From: Eubacteriales bacterium
GTDB lineage: Bacteria > Bacillota > Clostridia > Oscillospirales > QAKW01
Assembly (NCBI GenBank): GCA_045541555.1
Contig: JAZQJH010000059.1
Location: forward strand, 16,641-80,640
DNA: 64,000 bases
Reading direction: 5' to 3'
In this document: one piece after another, positions 26,594-36,375 of the stretch
Layout of the letters: every line of letters starts with the position of its first letter
Position numbering within the stretch: position 1 is the first letter of the stretch
Translations under genes and position numbers: made by a program
The notes under the pieces: generated by a model
Databases searched by the model: none
Seen by the model: the letters and a program-made list of their open reading frames with translations, nothing else
What the model was told of the DNA's origin: nothing

Positions 26594-27303
26594 TTAGCCA
26601 CCTCAATCGCTTGTTTTAAATCAATGGCGCCGATATAATAAGCCTTGCCGATGATGGCGCCATATAGATCCATTGCCCGAAGCGCCGCAATATCCTCCAT
26701 GGAGGATACGCCGCCGGAGGCAATGAGGTCGATCGTATATTTTTCGCTCAATTCCCGATAAAGCTCCCGGTTGGTACCCTGCATGGCGCCGTCCTTGGAA
26801 ATATCGGTACAGATCACCGTTCGGACGCCGAGGGCTTGCATTTTGGAAAAAAAGTCGTCGGCGGTCTCGGTGGATTTTTCCGTCCAGCCCTTGATGGCGA
26901 CAAATCCGTCCTTGAGATCGACGCCCACCGCCACCTTTTCGCCATACTTGGAAAGAGCCTCCTTTAAAAAGGCTTCGTCAGTCACCGCCGCCGTACCCAG
27001 GATCACCCGATCCACCCCGATTTCGAGATAGGCCTCGGCGATCTCCATATTGCGGATGCCGCCCCCCACCTCCACGAAGAGATCGGTGTTTTTTACAATT
27101 TTTTCAATGGTGGCAAGATTGGCAGGAACACCGCTTTTGGCGCCCTCCAGATCCACCAAATGGATAAAGTTTGCCCCGGCGGCCTCAAACACCTTGGCCA
27201 CCTCCAGGGGATTTTCATGATAGACGGTCATCTCGGCATAGTCGCCCTTGAAAAGGCGCACCGCCTTACCGCCCACCAGATCAATTGCAGGAAAAATATT
27301 CAT
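26590..27303 (-). CDS. hisA: ProFAR isomerase
   Basis: 237 aa, starting IFPAIDL. Confidence 0.9.
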   Translation of the reverse strand: MNIFPAIDLVGGKAVRLFKGDYAEMTVYHENPLEVAKVFEAAGANFIHLVDLEGAKSGVPANLATIEKIVKNTDLFVEVGGGIRNMEIAEAYLEIGVDRVILGTAAVTDEAFLKEALSKYGEKVAVGVDLKDGFVAIKGWTEKSTETADDFFSKMQALGVRTVICTDISKDGAMQGTNRELYRELSEKYTIDLIASGGVSSMEDIAALRAMDLYGAIIGKAYYIGAIDLKQAIEVAK

Positions 27304-27306
27304 GCA

Positions 27307-27918
27307 TTATACCTCGCAAAACGCTTTCAGAATGGCAAGTCCCACCTTGCCGCTTTTTTCGGGATGGAACTGACAGCCGAATATATTGTCCTTCGCCACG
27401 GCGGCGGTCAATTCCTCGCCGTATTCCGCCGAAGCCGCCAGGGCGTCTCCGCACCCCTCGGCATAATAAGAATGAACGAAATAAACGCAGTCGCCCTCTT
27501 GAACGTACTTGAAAAGAGGGCAGTCCTTCTGCTGAAAATGCAGGGCATTCCAGCCGATATGGGGGATCTTCAATTCTTTTGGGATGACCCCTTCCATGGG
27601 AACGACCTTGCCCTTAAGAAGCCCCAGTCCCTCATGCTCGCCGTATTCATAGCCCTTTTCAAAAAGCAGCTGCATTCCAAGGCAGATGCCCATCAAAGGC
27701 TTTCCGGCGGCCGCCTGGGCTTTGACAAAGCAGTCCAGGCCGTTTTCCCGAAGCTTTTCCGCCGCGTCTCCGAAGGCGCCCACGCCGGGCAGGATCAGCC
27801 GGTCGGCCTTCGCCAGTTCCTCTTCCTTACCGGAAACGAAGACCTCCTGACCGATGGACTCCAGAGAAGATTTCAGGGAAAAAAGGTTTCCCACGCCGTA
27901 GTCGATAATTCCAATCAT
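27307..27918 (-). CDS. hisH: imidazole glycerol phosphate synthase, glutaminase subunit
   Basis: The track ORF is trimmed to MIGIIDYGVGN. A TAATG overlap links it to the hisB stop. The catalytic motif is GICLGMQ. Confidence 0.9.
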   Translation of the reverse strand: MIGIIDYGVGNLFSLKSSLESIGQEVFVSGKEEELAKADRLILPGVGAFGDAAEKLRENGLDCFVKAQAAAGKPLMGICLGMQLLFEKGYEYGEHEGLGLLKGKVVPMEGVIPKELKIPHIGWNALHFQQKDCPLFKYVQEGDCVYFVHSYYAEGCGDALAASAEYGEELTAAVAKDNIFGCQFHPEKSGKVGLAILKAFCEV

Positions 27919-28499
27919 TATAATACTCCTTTTGTGGACGGAATGTCCTGGGTGCCGTCCTCCGCCACCGCCGCCCGAAGGGTACGCGCCACCGATTTGA
28001 AGCATCCTTCCGCAATGTGGTGCGCATTGGTGCCGGCAAGCTTGCGGATATGCAGGCTCATGGGGCACTGACGGGTAAAGGCAAGCCAGAATTCCTCGAT
28101 CAGTTCACTGTCAAAGGTGCCAATCTTCTCGGTAGGGATGGCGAGATCATAGCAAAGGCAGGTTCTGCCGGAAAGGTCGGCAGCAGAAAGGATCAACGCC
28201 TCGTCCATGGGCAGGATAAAGCTGCCGTATCGATTGATGCCGCGCTTTTCCCCCAGTGCCTCCTCAAAGGCTTTGCCTAAGCAAATGCCAATATCCTCAG
28301 CGCTATGATGATCGTCCACCTGAACGTCGCCCTTGCAGGTGATAGCAAGATCAAATTTACCGTGGGCGGCAAAGAGGGTCAGCATATGATCCATAAAGCC
28401 AATGCCGGTATCAACGGTACTTTTGCCGGTGCCGTCTAAATTCAGAGTCAGCTGAATTTCGGTCTCTGCGGTCTTTCGCTCAATATTTGCAGTTCTCAT
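27918..28499 (-). CDS. hisB: imidazoleglycerol-phosphate dehydratase
   Basis: 193 aa. It shows the HH..E metal motifs (DDHHSAEDIGI, NAHHIAE). Confidence 0.92.
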   Translation of the reverse strand: MRTANIERKTAETEIQLTLNLDGTGKSTVDTGIGFMDHMLTLFAAHGKFDLAITCKGDVQVDDHHSAEDIGICLGKAFEEALGEKRGINRYGSFILPMDEALILSAADLSGRTCLCYDLAIPTEKIGTFDSELIEEFWLAFTRQCPMSLHIRKLAGTNAHHIAEGCFKSVARTLRAAVAEDGTQDIPSTKGVL

Positions 28500-29557
28500 A
28501 CTTGTTCCTCCAGGATCTCCGCTACCGTCCGGCAGAAGCAGTCCATCTGCTCGGCGGTACCGATGGTAATGCGGTTAAAGTCCTTGATGCGCGCCTTGGT
28601 AAAGTGCCGCACCAGGATGCCCCGTTTTTTCAGTTCCAGATAAAGTGTCTCTCCGTCGATCTTCCCGCTTTTGGCAAAAAGGAAATTGGCGTCGGAGGGC
28701 AGGACGGTAAAGCCCAGTTCCTTAAGACGCGCCGCCGTTTCCTGCCGCACCCGGATGATCTCCCGGCATTTTTCTTGATAATACTCCTCCGCCTCCACCG
28801 TCGCTTCCCCAAGAAGCATGGTCAGGCGGTTAATATTATAGGGATTGGTGGAATACTTGATCTTCTCTAAGTCCTCGATCAACCCCTTGGGGGCGATGGC
28901 GTAGCCCAGCCGTCCGCCGGCCAGGCAACGGGATTTGGAAAAGGTACGTACCACCAAAAGATTTTCATATTTGGCGATCAGCGGATAGCAGCTTTTGCCG
29001 CCGAAGTCCACGTAGGCCTCATCGATCACCACCACCTGCTCCGGATTGCTCTTCAAGATCTCCTCAATTTCGGAAAGCGCTAAGGAAATTCCGGTGGGCG
29101 CATTGGGATTGGCGATTACGATCAGTTTATTCTTGCCGAAATAATCCTCTTTGTTGACAGTAAAATCATCCTGCAAGGGTTGCTCCTCATAGGGGACGCC
29201 GTGCAGGTCGGCAAAGACCGGATAAAAGCCGTAGGTAATATCCGGAAAGACCGCGCCATCTGCACCGAAGGCCATAAAAGCGAAGTTCAGAATATCATCG
29301 GAGCCATTGGAAAGAAAAATATTCTCCGGCTCCACGCCATACAGCCCGGCCAGCTTCTCCCGAAGCCCCTTTGCGGTGGGATCGGAGTACAGCCGGAGGT
29401 TTTCCACCTCCTCCCCGTTCATCGCCGCCACCACCGAGGGTGCCGGAGGAAAAGGGGATTCATTGGTGTTGAGCTTGATATACTGCATATCCCGGGGTTG
29501 CTCACCGGGGGTATAGGCCTCTAATTTTTGGTATTGCTCTTTTAAAAAACGACTCAT
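28496..29557 (-). CDS. hisC: histidinol-phosphate aminotransferase
   Basis: 353 aa, a class-II aminotransferase, with the TFSK lysine motif. Confidence 0.9.
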   Translation of the reverse strand: MSRFLKEQYQKLEAYTPGEQPRDMQYIKLNTNESPFPPAPSVVAAMNGEEVENLRLYSDPTAKGLREKLAGLYGVEPENIFLSNGSDDILNFAFMAFGADGAVFPDITYGFYPVFADLHGVPYEEQPLQDDFTVNKEDYFGKNKLIVIANPNAPTGISLALSEIEEILKSNPEQVVVIDEAYVDFGGKSCYPLIAKYENLLVVRTFSKSRCLAGGRLGYAIAPKGLIEDLEKIKYSTNPYNINRLTMLLGEATVEAEEYYQEKCREIIRVRQETAARLKELGFTVLPSDANFLFAKSGKIDGETLYLELKKRGILVRHFTKARIKDFNRITIGTAEQMDCFCRTVAEILEEQV

Positions 29558-30834
29558 TTTTCCTCATCCAATCTGACGGTGATGCTTCGGGCATGGGCAG
29601 AAAGCCCTTCCTGCTCCGCAAAGTACGCCACGTCCCGTCCTACGCGCTCCAGCGCCTCCCGGGTATAATAGGTATACTGACTTTTCTTGACGAAATCATC
29701 CACCGAAAGGGGGCTACTGAACCGGGCAGTACCGCTGGTAGGCAGGGTATGGTTGGGACCGGCATAATAGTCGCCCAACGCCTCGGGGCAGTTGCGTCCC
29801 ATAAAGATAGAACCGGCGTGCTTGATGCCGTCCAGATAATCAAAGGGATTCTCTACCATCAGTTCCAGATGCTCCGGTGCGATCTCATTTGCGATCTCGA
29901 TGACCACCCGCAGATCCTCTGCCACGATGATCTTGCCGTTATTGTCGATGGAAGCCCGGGCGATCTCTGCCCGAGGAAGGAGCGGAATTTGACGTTCCAG
30001 CTCCGCCTGCACCGCTTTGGCAAGCTCCATACTATCGGTGACCAGCACCGCGCTGGCCAGTTTATCGTGCTCCGCCTGGGAGAGGAGATCCGCCGCCACA
30101 TGCGCCGGCACGCTCTTGCCATCGGCGACCACTAAGATCTCGCTGGGGCCTGCGATCATATCGATCGAAACCTGCCCGAAGACCTGCTTTTTGGCCTCCG
30201 CCACGAAGGCGTTGCCGGGGCCGACGATCTTATCCACCTTAGGAATACTCTCGGTTCCGTATGCCAGCGCCGCCACCGCCTGCGCGCCGCCCACCTTAAA
30301 GATGCGCTGGACGCCGGCGATCTTGGCCGCCGCCAGAATAACCGGATTGATCTTACCGTCCTTACCCGGAGGCGTCACCATGACGATCTCCCGGCAGCCG
30401 GCGATCTTGGCCGGAACGCTGTCCATCAAGACGGTCGAGGGGTAGGCGGCAGTACCGCCCGGTACGTAAAGACCCACCTTTTCAATGGGGGTGATCTTCT
30501 GCCCGGTGATGACGCCGTCCTGCTCGTTGATAATAAAGCTGGTACGCACCTGCTTTTCATGAAAAGCACGGATATTCTTTTCCGCATTGCGAAGAATTTC
30601 CAGAAAACGCGGTTCTACTGCTCTAAAGGCTTCCTCGATCTCCGCCTCGCTGACCTCCAGCGCTGCAAGATCACAGCCGTCAAATTTTTTATTATAGCCA
30701 AAGAGTGCCTTGTCGCCCTCTTTCCGAACCGTGGCGATGATCTCCGCCACGATGGCCTCCACGTTGGTCTTTTGCTCCTGCCGGGCGAAGATCTCTTCAT
30801 AAGAAAGCTCGCCGTAATTCAATACCTTGATCAT
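29554..30834 (-). CDS. hisD: histidinol dehydrogenase
   Basis: 426 aa. It shows SQAEHD and GPNHTLPT. Confidence 0.93.
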   Translation of the reverse strand: MIKVLNYGELSYEEIFARQEQKTNVEAIVAEIIATVRKEGDKALFGYNKKFDGCDLAALEVSEAEIEEAFRAVEPRFLEILRNAEKNIRAFHEKQVRTSFIINEQDGVITGQKITPIEKVGLYVPGGTAAYPSTVLMDSVPAKIAGCREIVMVTPPGKDGKINPVILAAAKIAGVQRIFKVGGAQAVAALAYGTESIPKVDKIVGPGNAFVAEAKKQVFGQVSIDMIAGPSEILVVADGKSVPAHVAADLLSQAEHDKLASAVLVTDSMELAKAVQAELERQIPLLPRAEIARASIDNNGKIIVAEDLRVVIEIANEIAPEHLELMVENPFDYLDGIKHAGSIFMGRNCPEALGDYYAGPNHTLPTSGTARFSSPLSVDDFVKKSQYTYYTREALERVGRDVAYFAEQEGLSAHARSITVRLDEEK

Positions 30835-31460
30835 TGTTCTATCTGCTTCTCCAATCCCGCGCGGATGGCGCGGATCTCTTCATTTTTGAACTTATATCCT
30901 GCCTTATTGGCGATCAGCCGGGCGCTGATGGGGACGATGGTCTCATAGGGTATGAGATCGTTCTCCTTTAAGGTCGTCCCGGTCTCCACGATATCGACGA
31001 TGACGTCGGAAAGCCCTAAGATGGGCGCGATCTCAATGGAGCCGTTCAGCTTGATGATGTCAATATCCCGGCATTTTTCATTATAATACGCACCGGCGAT
31101 ATTGGGGAACTTGGTCGCCACCCGGAGGGTGGAGCCGATGGGATCCCGAAAGCCTTTTTTAGCGGCCACCGCCATCCGGCAGTTGCCCATTTTGAGATCT
31201 AAAAGCTCGTAGACGTCCGGGCGGTACTCCAAAAGAATGTCCTTCCCGGCAACGCCGATATCCGCCGCACCGCGTTCCACGTAGATTGCCACGTCCGACG
31301 GCTTGACCCAAAAGTACCGCACCCCTTTTTCCGGGTTCTCAAAGATCAGCTTGCGGTTATTTTCTTCAATGGAGGGGCATTCAAAGCCGGCCTCCTTAAA
31401 CATTTTATAAACCTTTTCGCCCAATCGCCCTTTCGGCAGGGCTACGTTAACCATTTTCAA
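30831..31460 (-). CDS. hisG: ATP phosphoribosyltransferase, short form
   Basis: 209 aa, the short HisG type that requires HisZ. Confidence 0.9.
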   Translation of the reverse strand: MKMVNVALPKGRLGEKVYKMFKEAGFECPSIEENNRKLIFENPEKGVRYFWVKPSDVAIYVERGAADIGVAGKDILLEYRPDVYELLDLKMGNCRMAVAAKKGFRDPIGSTLRVATKFPNIAGAYYNEKCRDIDIIKLNGSIEIAPILGLSDVIVDIVETGTTLKENDLIPYETIVPISARLIANKAGYKFKNEEIRAIRAGLEKQIEQ

Positions 31461-32538
31461 CGGCTTCGATCCCCCTTTCGGTAAAGCGCAGTAATCGCCG
31501 GGGTGATACCTGCTCCGGCAAGGCTCTTGCCACCAGCAAGGTTCCCTCCTTGGAAAGCTGCTCCGCCGCGGCGATCAAAGCGGTCGGATCGGCATCCGCC
31601 TCATGGAGCAGGACGGTATCCACGTCATACTCCGCTTCTTCCCTCTGCTCCAAGAGATCGAGATAGACCGCAAAGCCGATGGCGCCGCTCTTGCGCCCCA
31701 TCTTCTGCAATAATTTATCGTACTGACCGCCGGAAAGAACGCCGGCAGGAATCCCTTCAATATAGCCCTTAAAGACCACGCCACTATAATATTTCAGATC
31801 GTTGCCCACCGAGAAATCCACCCGAACGCGGGCGTCCTTTTCCAAGGTGGCGCAAAGACGGCTGAATTCCAAAAACGCTTTTTTCTCCCCATCTCCGGTG
31901 AGATAAGGCTCCAATTTGGCAAGGGCTTCGCCGGGCGCACCGCAGCAGTCGATCAAAGCATTCAATTTTTCGACGCTTTGCGCCGAAAGCCCCAGCGCCA
32001 TAAGCTCATGACCGCTCTTTTGATGGATGAAACCGAGCGCCTTGCTCTTTTGCTCCTCCGAAAGACCGCTCTCCTCCAGTATGGCGGAAACCAAGCCCAT
32101 ATGGGAAAGATCCAGGACATATTCCTTGCCGATCAAGCTAAGACTTTCGACTGCCAGATGCAGCACCTCCGCGATCTCATACTCCCCCAGATCGCCGATG
32201 CACTCCAAGCCTGCCTGCATGATCTCTTTAAAGGAATGGGTGCCCTTGGCTACCCGATAGACGTTTTCATTATAATAGACCTTCTGCACCGCACCGGGAC
32301 GATCCACCGTATTCTTGATGATGGAAAGGGTAACGTCCGGCTTAAGCGCCAAAAGCCGACCGGTATGATCGGTAAAGGTGATGACCTCATCGCTGACCAA
32401 AAAATCCTTATTGCGAACGTAAAGGTCATATTCCTCAAATCGGCTCATCTTATACCGGGCATATCCAAACCGCCGGTAAAGACTGCGGAGGGCAAAGACC
32501 GCGCGCTCATCGCTTTTGATGATCTTCTCCTCGATCAT
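31447..32538 (-). CDS. hisZ: ATP phosphoribosyltransferase regulatory subunit
   Basis: The track ORF is trimmed to MIEEKIIKSD. It has a HisRS-like fold without an anticodon domain. A 4-nt overlap links it to the upstream regulator gene. Confidence 0.85.
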   Translation of the reverse strand: MIEEKIIKSDERAVFALRSLYRRFGYARYKMSRFEEYDLYVRNKDFLVSDEVITFTDHTGRLLALKPDVTLSIIKNTVDRPGAVQKVYYNENVYRVAKGTHSFKEIMQAGLECIGDLGEYEIAEVLHLAVESLSLIGKEYVLDLSHMGLVSAILEESGLSEEQKSKALGFIHQKSGHELMALGLSAQSVEKLNALIDCCGAPGEALAKLEPYLTGDGEKKAFLEFSRLCATLEKDARVRVDFSVGNDLKYYSGVVFKGYIEGIPAGVLSGGQYDKLLQKMGRKSGAIGFAVYLDLLEQREEAEYDVDTVLLHEADADPTALIAAAEQLSKEGTLLVARALPEQVSPRRLLRFTERGIEAVENG

Positions 32539-32831
32539 TTTGCTGTCTCCCCTTTCAGACGTTTGATGGCGGTGCGGTAACCGCCGCCGCCGTAATTCAG
32601 ACACTTATTCACCCGGCAGATGGTCGCCGTACTGGCGCCGGTATCTTTATTGACTTCCTGATAGTTGCGGCCGTCCGCCAGCTGGCAGGCAACCTGAAAA
32701 CGCTGGGCAATCTCATTCAATTCCTTGATGGTGCAGGCGTCCTCAAAAAATAAATAACATTCATCCACGCTTTTCAGCGTCAGAATGGCTTGAAACAAGG
32801 TATCAATTTCCTCATTGCGGATCTTATTCAT
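32535..32831 (-). CDS. yerC: YerC/YecD-family TrpR-like DNA-binding protein (HisR-type candidate repressor)
   Basis: 98 aa. It is collinear with B. subtilis YerC as recalled (LFQAILTLKS..E.Y.FFED.CTI.EL...QRF.VA..L..G..Y.E....TGASTATI.RV.KCLNYG). It is the first gene of the his operon. Confidence 0.85.
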   Translation of the reverse strand: MNKIRNEEIDTLFQAILTLKSVDECYLFFEDACTIKELNEIAQRFQVACQLADGRNYQEVNKDTGASTATICRVNKCLNYGGGGYRTAIKRLKGETAK

Positions 32832-32868
32832 GAAGTTTTTTCCTCACTTTTATAAATGATGTTTTACA

Positions 32869-32897
32869 TTTTATCACTTTATCATACTAAAGTCAAT
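32869..32897 (-). promoter_or_regulatory. his operon promoter (TTGACT-17-TAAAAT on the reverse strand)
   Basis: The reverse complement reads TTGACTttagtatgataaagtgaTAAAAT. TGATAAA repeats overlap the spacer. Confidence 0.5.
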
Positions 32898-32914
32898 AGT
32901 TTTTTTAATAGTAA

Positions 32915-32954
32915 AAAAACACCGTAGACCTCTAAAGAAGTCTACGGTGTTTTT
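32915..32954 (-). terminator. intrinsic terminator of the six-gene redox operon
   Basis: AAAAACACCGTAGAC, a loop, GTCTACGGTGTTTTT. It overlaps the stop codon at 32954. Confidence 0.8.
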
Positions 32955-33958
32955 CATGCCATGGTTTCCAGCATTTTGAGGGAAACTTCATATAGATTTT
33001 TCTCGCCTTTCAAGTGACGCTCCAGCTCCTCCACCATATACTTGCTCATCCGGCGGCGCTCATGGGCTTCACTGCCGGCAATATGGGGCGTGAGGAAAAT
33101 ATTCTCGTAGGTATAATAGGGACTGCCCTCCTCCGGCGGCTCGGGAATAGTGACGTCGCAGAGGGCGGTGAGGTCGGGGCGCTCCTGCAAGACGCGGAAA
33201 AAGCCCTCCTGCTCCAGCTGCGCCGCGCGGCCGGTATTGATAAAGGTGGCGTAGGGCTTCATCGAGGCAAAATGCCGCTCCTGCAGCATCCCCTTGGTCT
33301 GCTCGTTATTGGCCAGGTGATTGGAGACCACGTGGCTTCTCTCAAAAAGCTCCTCCAGACTGACCTTTTCCACTCCCAGCTCCTCTGCTACCGCCTCCGG
33401 CAGGAAGGGATCAAAGACCAGGACGGTCATATGCTCGAGGGTCTTGAGCTTTTGGATCACCATTTTACCGATCATACCGGCACCGATAATGCCGATGGTG
33501 GCATCATAATTGCCGACATAATTTTTGCAAAAATCATCCGCCTTTTTATGTCCGCCGCCGGGGGTGATCCGGGTGGCGCGGAAATAGCCTTTATTGGCTA
33601 AAATGATCTGCGCAAAGGTAGACTCCGCCACCGGAACGGCATTGGCCGCCCAAGCACTGCAGACCTTGACCCCACAATGCAGAAACGGCGCGGCAAACTT
33701 TCGCACCGAGCCTGCGGCATAGAATACCGCCTCCAAAGAAGGAAAAATCCGGCGGATCTGCTCCTCATCGGGGCATTCCATCCCCCAGGTGGAGAAGATA
33801 TATCGTACGTCCTTGAATTTTTCCGGCTCCGCCTCCACCGCCGGGAGGGAATAGACGGTATCGTCTAAATCCACCAAGGCATGGAGCGCGGCGGTATTTT
33901 CCGGATTGAAAACGTCGCGAATGCGCGCTTCGCTTCTATTTAAAAAAATGGCATTCAT
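32954..33958 (-). CDS. D-isomer-specific 2-hydroxyacid dehydrogenase family protein
   Basis: 334 aa. It shows the NAD motif GIIGAGMIG, then RGAAQLEQE-type and HIAG motifs. Confidence 0.8.
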   Translation of the reverse strand: MNAIFLNRSEARIRDVFNPENTAALHALVDLDDTVYSLPAVEAEPEKFKDVRYIFSTWGMECPDEEQIRRIFPSLEAVFYAAGSVRKFAAPFLHCGVKVCSAWAANAVPVAESTFAQIILANKGYFRATRITPGGGHKKADDFCKNYVGNYDATIGIIGAGMIGKMVIQKLKTLEHMTVLVFDPFLPEAVAEELGVEKVSLEELFERSHVVSNHLANNEQTKGMLQERHFASMKPYATFINTGRAAQLEQEGFFRVLQERPDLTALCDVTIPEPPEEGSPYYTYENIFLTPHIAGSEAHERRRMSKYMVEELERHLKGEKNLYEVSLKMLETMA

Positions 33959-34695
33959 TGCGTGATCCTCCTTAACGCCTCCGCTTCCCGGGGCAGGCTT
34001 TCGAACAAGCCGTCCGGCATAAATTCCAAAAGCAGATGATGCTCTCCTTCAAAATGGGAAAGATACTGCTCCCAAAGAGGGACGGCTTCCCCAAGGGGCA
34101 TTTTTTCTTTTTCTTTCCAATTAAATACGTGAAGATGGTAGGTATAAGGCGCCAGCAAAGCAGCGTACGCCAAATTCTCTTCCACCGGCTTATTCTGATG
34201 GGGTTGCCAATACATCCGGAAATGGGACGAGTTCACCGCCTCCATCAGCTCCAAAGCACCCTCCTTGCAGTCGGTAAAGGTGCCTTTATGGCACTCCATG
34301 CAGAGAATAACGCCCTCTTGTTCCGCCATTTCCGCACACTTGCGGCACTCCGCAAAAAACGCCTGCTTTTCTTCCACCGTATAATCGGCAAACTCCTTTT
34401 CTTTCCCTGCCCAAAGACGCAAAATGTCCGTTCCTAAGGTCTTGGCCGCTTTGATATAGCCGGGCAATTCCTCTATGGGAGTAATCCCGATGCGGAAATA
34501 GGTGCCGTAGGAACAGCAGGTGATCCCGTATTGCTTTTGTAGCGCCGCGATCTCCTCCGCCTTTTCCGGGGGACAATGCACGTCGCTCCCCCATTCGATA
34601 TGGGAAAGCCCGACCCTTTGCATCGCCTCTAAGACCTCTTTTGGAGAGTTTTTACGGAAAGACACCGAAACCAATCCCAATTTAAATGCTTGCAT
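33955..34695 (-). CDS. xylose-isomerase-like TIM-barrel protein (sugar phosphate isomerase/epimerase family)
   Basis: 246 aa with the family pattern (HIEWGSD, LRLWAG, LCMECH). Confidence 0.75.
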   Translation of the reverse strand: MQAFKLGLVSVSFRKNSPKEVLEAMQRVGLSHIEWGSDVHCPPEKAEEIAALQKQYGITCCSYGTYFRIGITPIEELPGYIKAAKTLGTDILRLWAGKEKEFADYTVEEKQAFFAECRKCAEMAEQEGVILCMECHKGTFTDCKEGALELMEAVNSSHFRMYWQPHQNKPVEENLAYAALLAPYTYHLHVFNWKEKEKMPLGEAVPLWEQYLSHFEGEHHLLLEFMPDGLFESLPREAEALRRITQ

Positions 34696-36367
34696 CTGCC
34701 TGTTCCTTTCCCATTACGATACGTACCGCCTTGGTTTTGACCTTATAGACCCGATACCGTCCGTTGCGGTTATAATACAATTCATAGCCCAAAGGCTCGC
34801 CCTCAAAGATATAGCGGGCAAAGCACCCCTTATACCGGACGGTGATACTGCCGTCAGACTCTTCGATCACCGTCTTTTCCTTGCCGTCGAAATCCAGGAC
34901 CGGCAGGTAAAATCCGTCGCCGTAGGCTCCCAGCGTGATCTCCACGCCGCTTTCCGTGATCACGTAGTTTTCCCGAATAATAAAGTTGTTCTTCTGATCC
35001 GCATCCAAGGTGACGGCAATGCGGTCGGGATGCTCCTCATAAGAGACGAGCATATATTTTGCCGGAACGTCCGCACCGCAAAGGGTCCCGAACTCCTCCA
35101 GTTCCAGATAGCCGCAAAGGCTCATGGGACGCGGATTTTTTCCCTCTTGACGGTAGCGCGGCTCAGCGGAAAAAGGAACCGAAAGCAGGAGTGCCGAGGG
35201 GCAATCCCGATGGTGGATCCGCCCCAAGCCGTTGGCGTCATAAAGCACCATATCCCGCGCATCTAAATCCCATTCCAAAAAATAGCCGCCGGCATTGGCA
35301 AATGCGGTATGAAACTTCGGGGAAGTCATGGCAAAATAGCCGCCCTCATCTGCCGGCGCCGCCGTCGGAACAATGGAATCGTCTGCAAAAAGATAAGCCG
35401 TATAGCACCAAGATGCGAGGGTGACCATGTACTTATTGAAAAAGGCGTAGCCCTCACAGCCGATCTGCAGATCCTCATAGTAGTTCTTATTATGATGGGT
35501 GGGATTTTCCTCCAGCGTCCGCAGGATATATTGCGCCGCCTTTTGGGCCGCCGCCTTGAACTTTCCGGCAGTCTCCCCATCGCCCAGCCGGGCATAACGT
35601 ACCGCTTCATACTCCATCACGATACAGAGCAATCCCTCATTATGCAAAAACTGAATGCTCCGTCCGCCAAAGGGGATCTCTCCGGTGACCGACTGCATCT
35701 TCAGGGTCAAAAGACCTGCTTTTTTCAGCTTATCGTCGATCTCTGCCCGATATTTCCCATTATAACCAGAGGCTAAGACTTGACTGAGAAGAGACCGCGT
35801 AGCCATATCATAGAGGTGATACCCGGCCTTATCCTTAAACATTCCGTTTTCATCCAAGGAGGGCATCAGCCGCTCCAGCTGCCGGTCAATAAAGGGCGTT
35901 GCATCCAGCCCCAGATAGCCGCACCGCGCCGCCTCGCCGGCAGAATTAAAGGCCGGGATATTGGTGCATTTCCATTCCGGCGGCATGGTCCAGGTACGGA
36001 TGCGGTATTCCTCAAAGGGATCAAAGGCGGCAAGGACTGCCTTCCATTGTTCCAGCCGCTCTTGCTCCACTAAACCGCTCTTTTCAAGCACGCCCAAAAT
36101 GGGTGCCAATTCCCGGATGGTGAAGTCAGGGACGCGAATCCGACCCTCAAAGCAAAGATCCATCATCCGGAGCATCCGGGGATAAAGATCCATCCGCCGA
36201 CCCACAGAATTGAGCAGCGCGATATTGACGGCAATACGATGAAAATCATGCTCCGTCTTGAGGTTTTCCGCCACCACCTTGGTGAACCGCTCGATCTCCT
36301 GATCCAGGGCAGTATCGGAATAAGCCGCCAGCGTTTTTTCAATAATGTCCAAATAAATATTTCTCAT
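34682..36367 (-). CDS. hypothetical 561-aa protein with a helical N-terminal half and a beta-rich C-terminal third
   Basis: The start is trimmed to the ATG following GAGGGA. I recognise no motif. The composition suggests an alpha-toroid plus beta-sandwich layout like some glycan-active enzymes, which is inference only. Confidence 0.6.
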   Translation of the reverse strand: MRNIYLDIIEKTLAAYSDTALDQEIERFTKVVAENLKTEHDFHRIAVNIALLNSVGRRMDLYPRMLRMMDLCFEGRIRVPDFTIRELAPILGVLEKSGLVEQERLEQWKAVLAAFDPFEEYRIRTWTMPPEWKCTNIPAFNSAGEAARCGYLGLDATPFIDRQLERLMPSLDENGMFKDKAGYHLYDMATRSLLSQVLASGYNGKYRAEIDDKLKKAGLLTLKMQSVTGEIPFGGRSIQFLHNEGLLCIVMEYEAVRYARLGDGETAGKFKAAAQKAAQYILRTLEENPTHHNKNYYEDLQIGCEGYAFFNKYMVTLASWCYTAYLFADDSIVPTAAPADEGGYFAMTSPKFHTAFANAGGYFLEWDLDARDMVLYDANGLGRIHHRDCPSALLLSVPFSAEPRYRQEGKNPRPMSLCGYLELEEFGTLCGADVPAKYMLVSYEEHPDRIAVTLDADQKNNFIIRENYVITESGVEITLGAYGDGFYLPVLDFDGKEKTVIEESDGSITVRYKGCFARYIFEGEPLGYELYYNRNGRYRVYKVKTKAVRIVMGKEQADASI

Positions 36368-36375
36368 TATATCCC

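Noticed and set aside
27919-28068. 50-codon N-terminal extension of the hisH ORF. Similar extensions occur on hisZ (32539-32604), the FAD protein (38236-38352), homoserine dehydrogenase (6479-6598) and lplA (60766-61026).
   Set aside because: The extensions overlap upstream genes or intergenic promoters and lack family similarity. Internal starts with an RBS or stop-start coupling give canonical N-termini.
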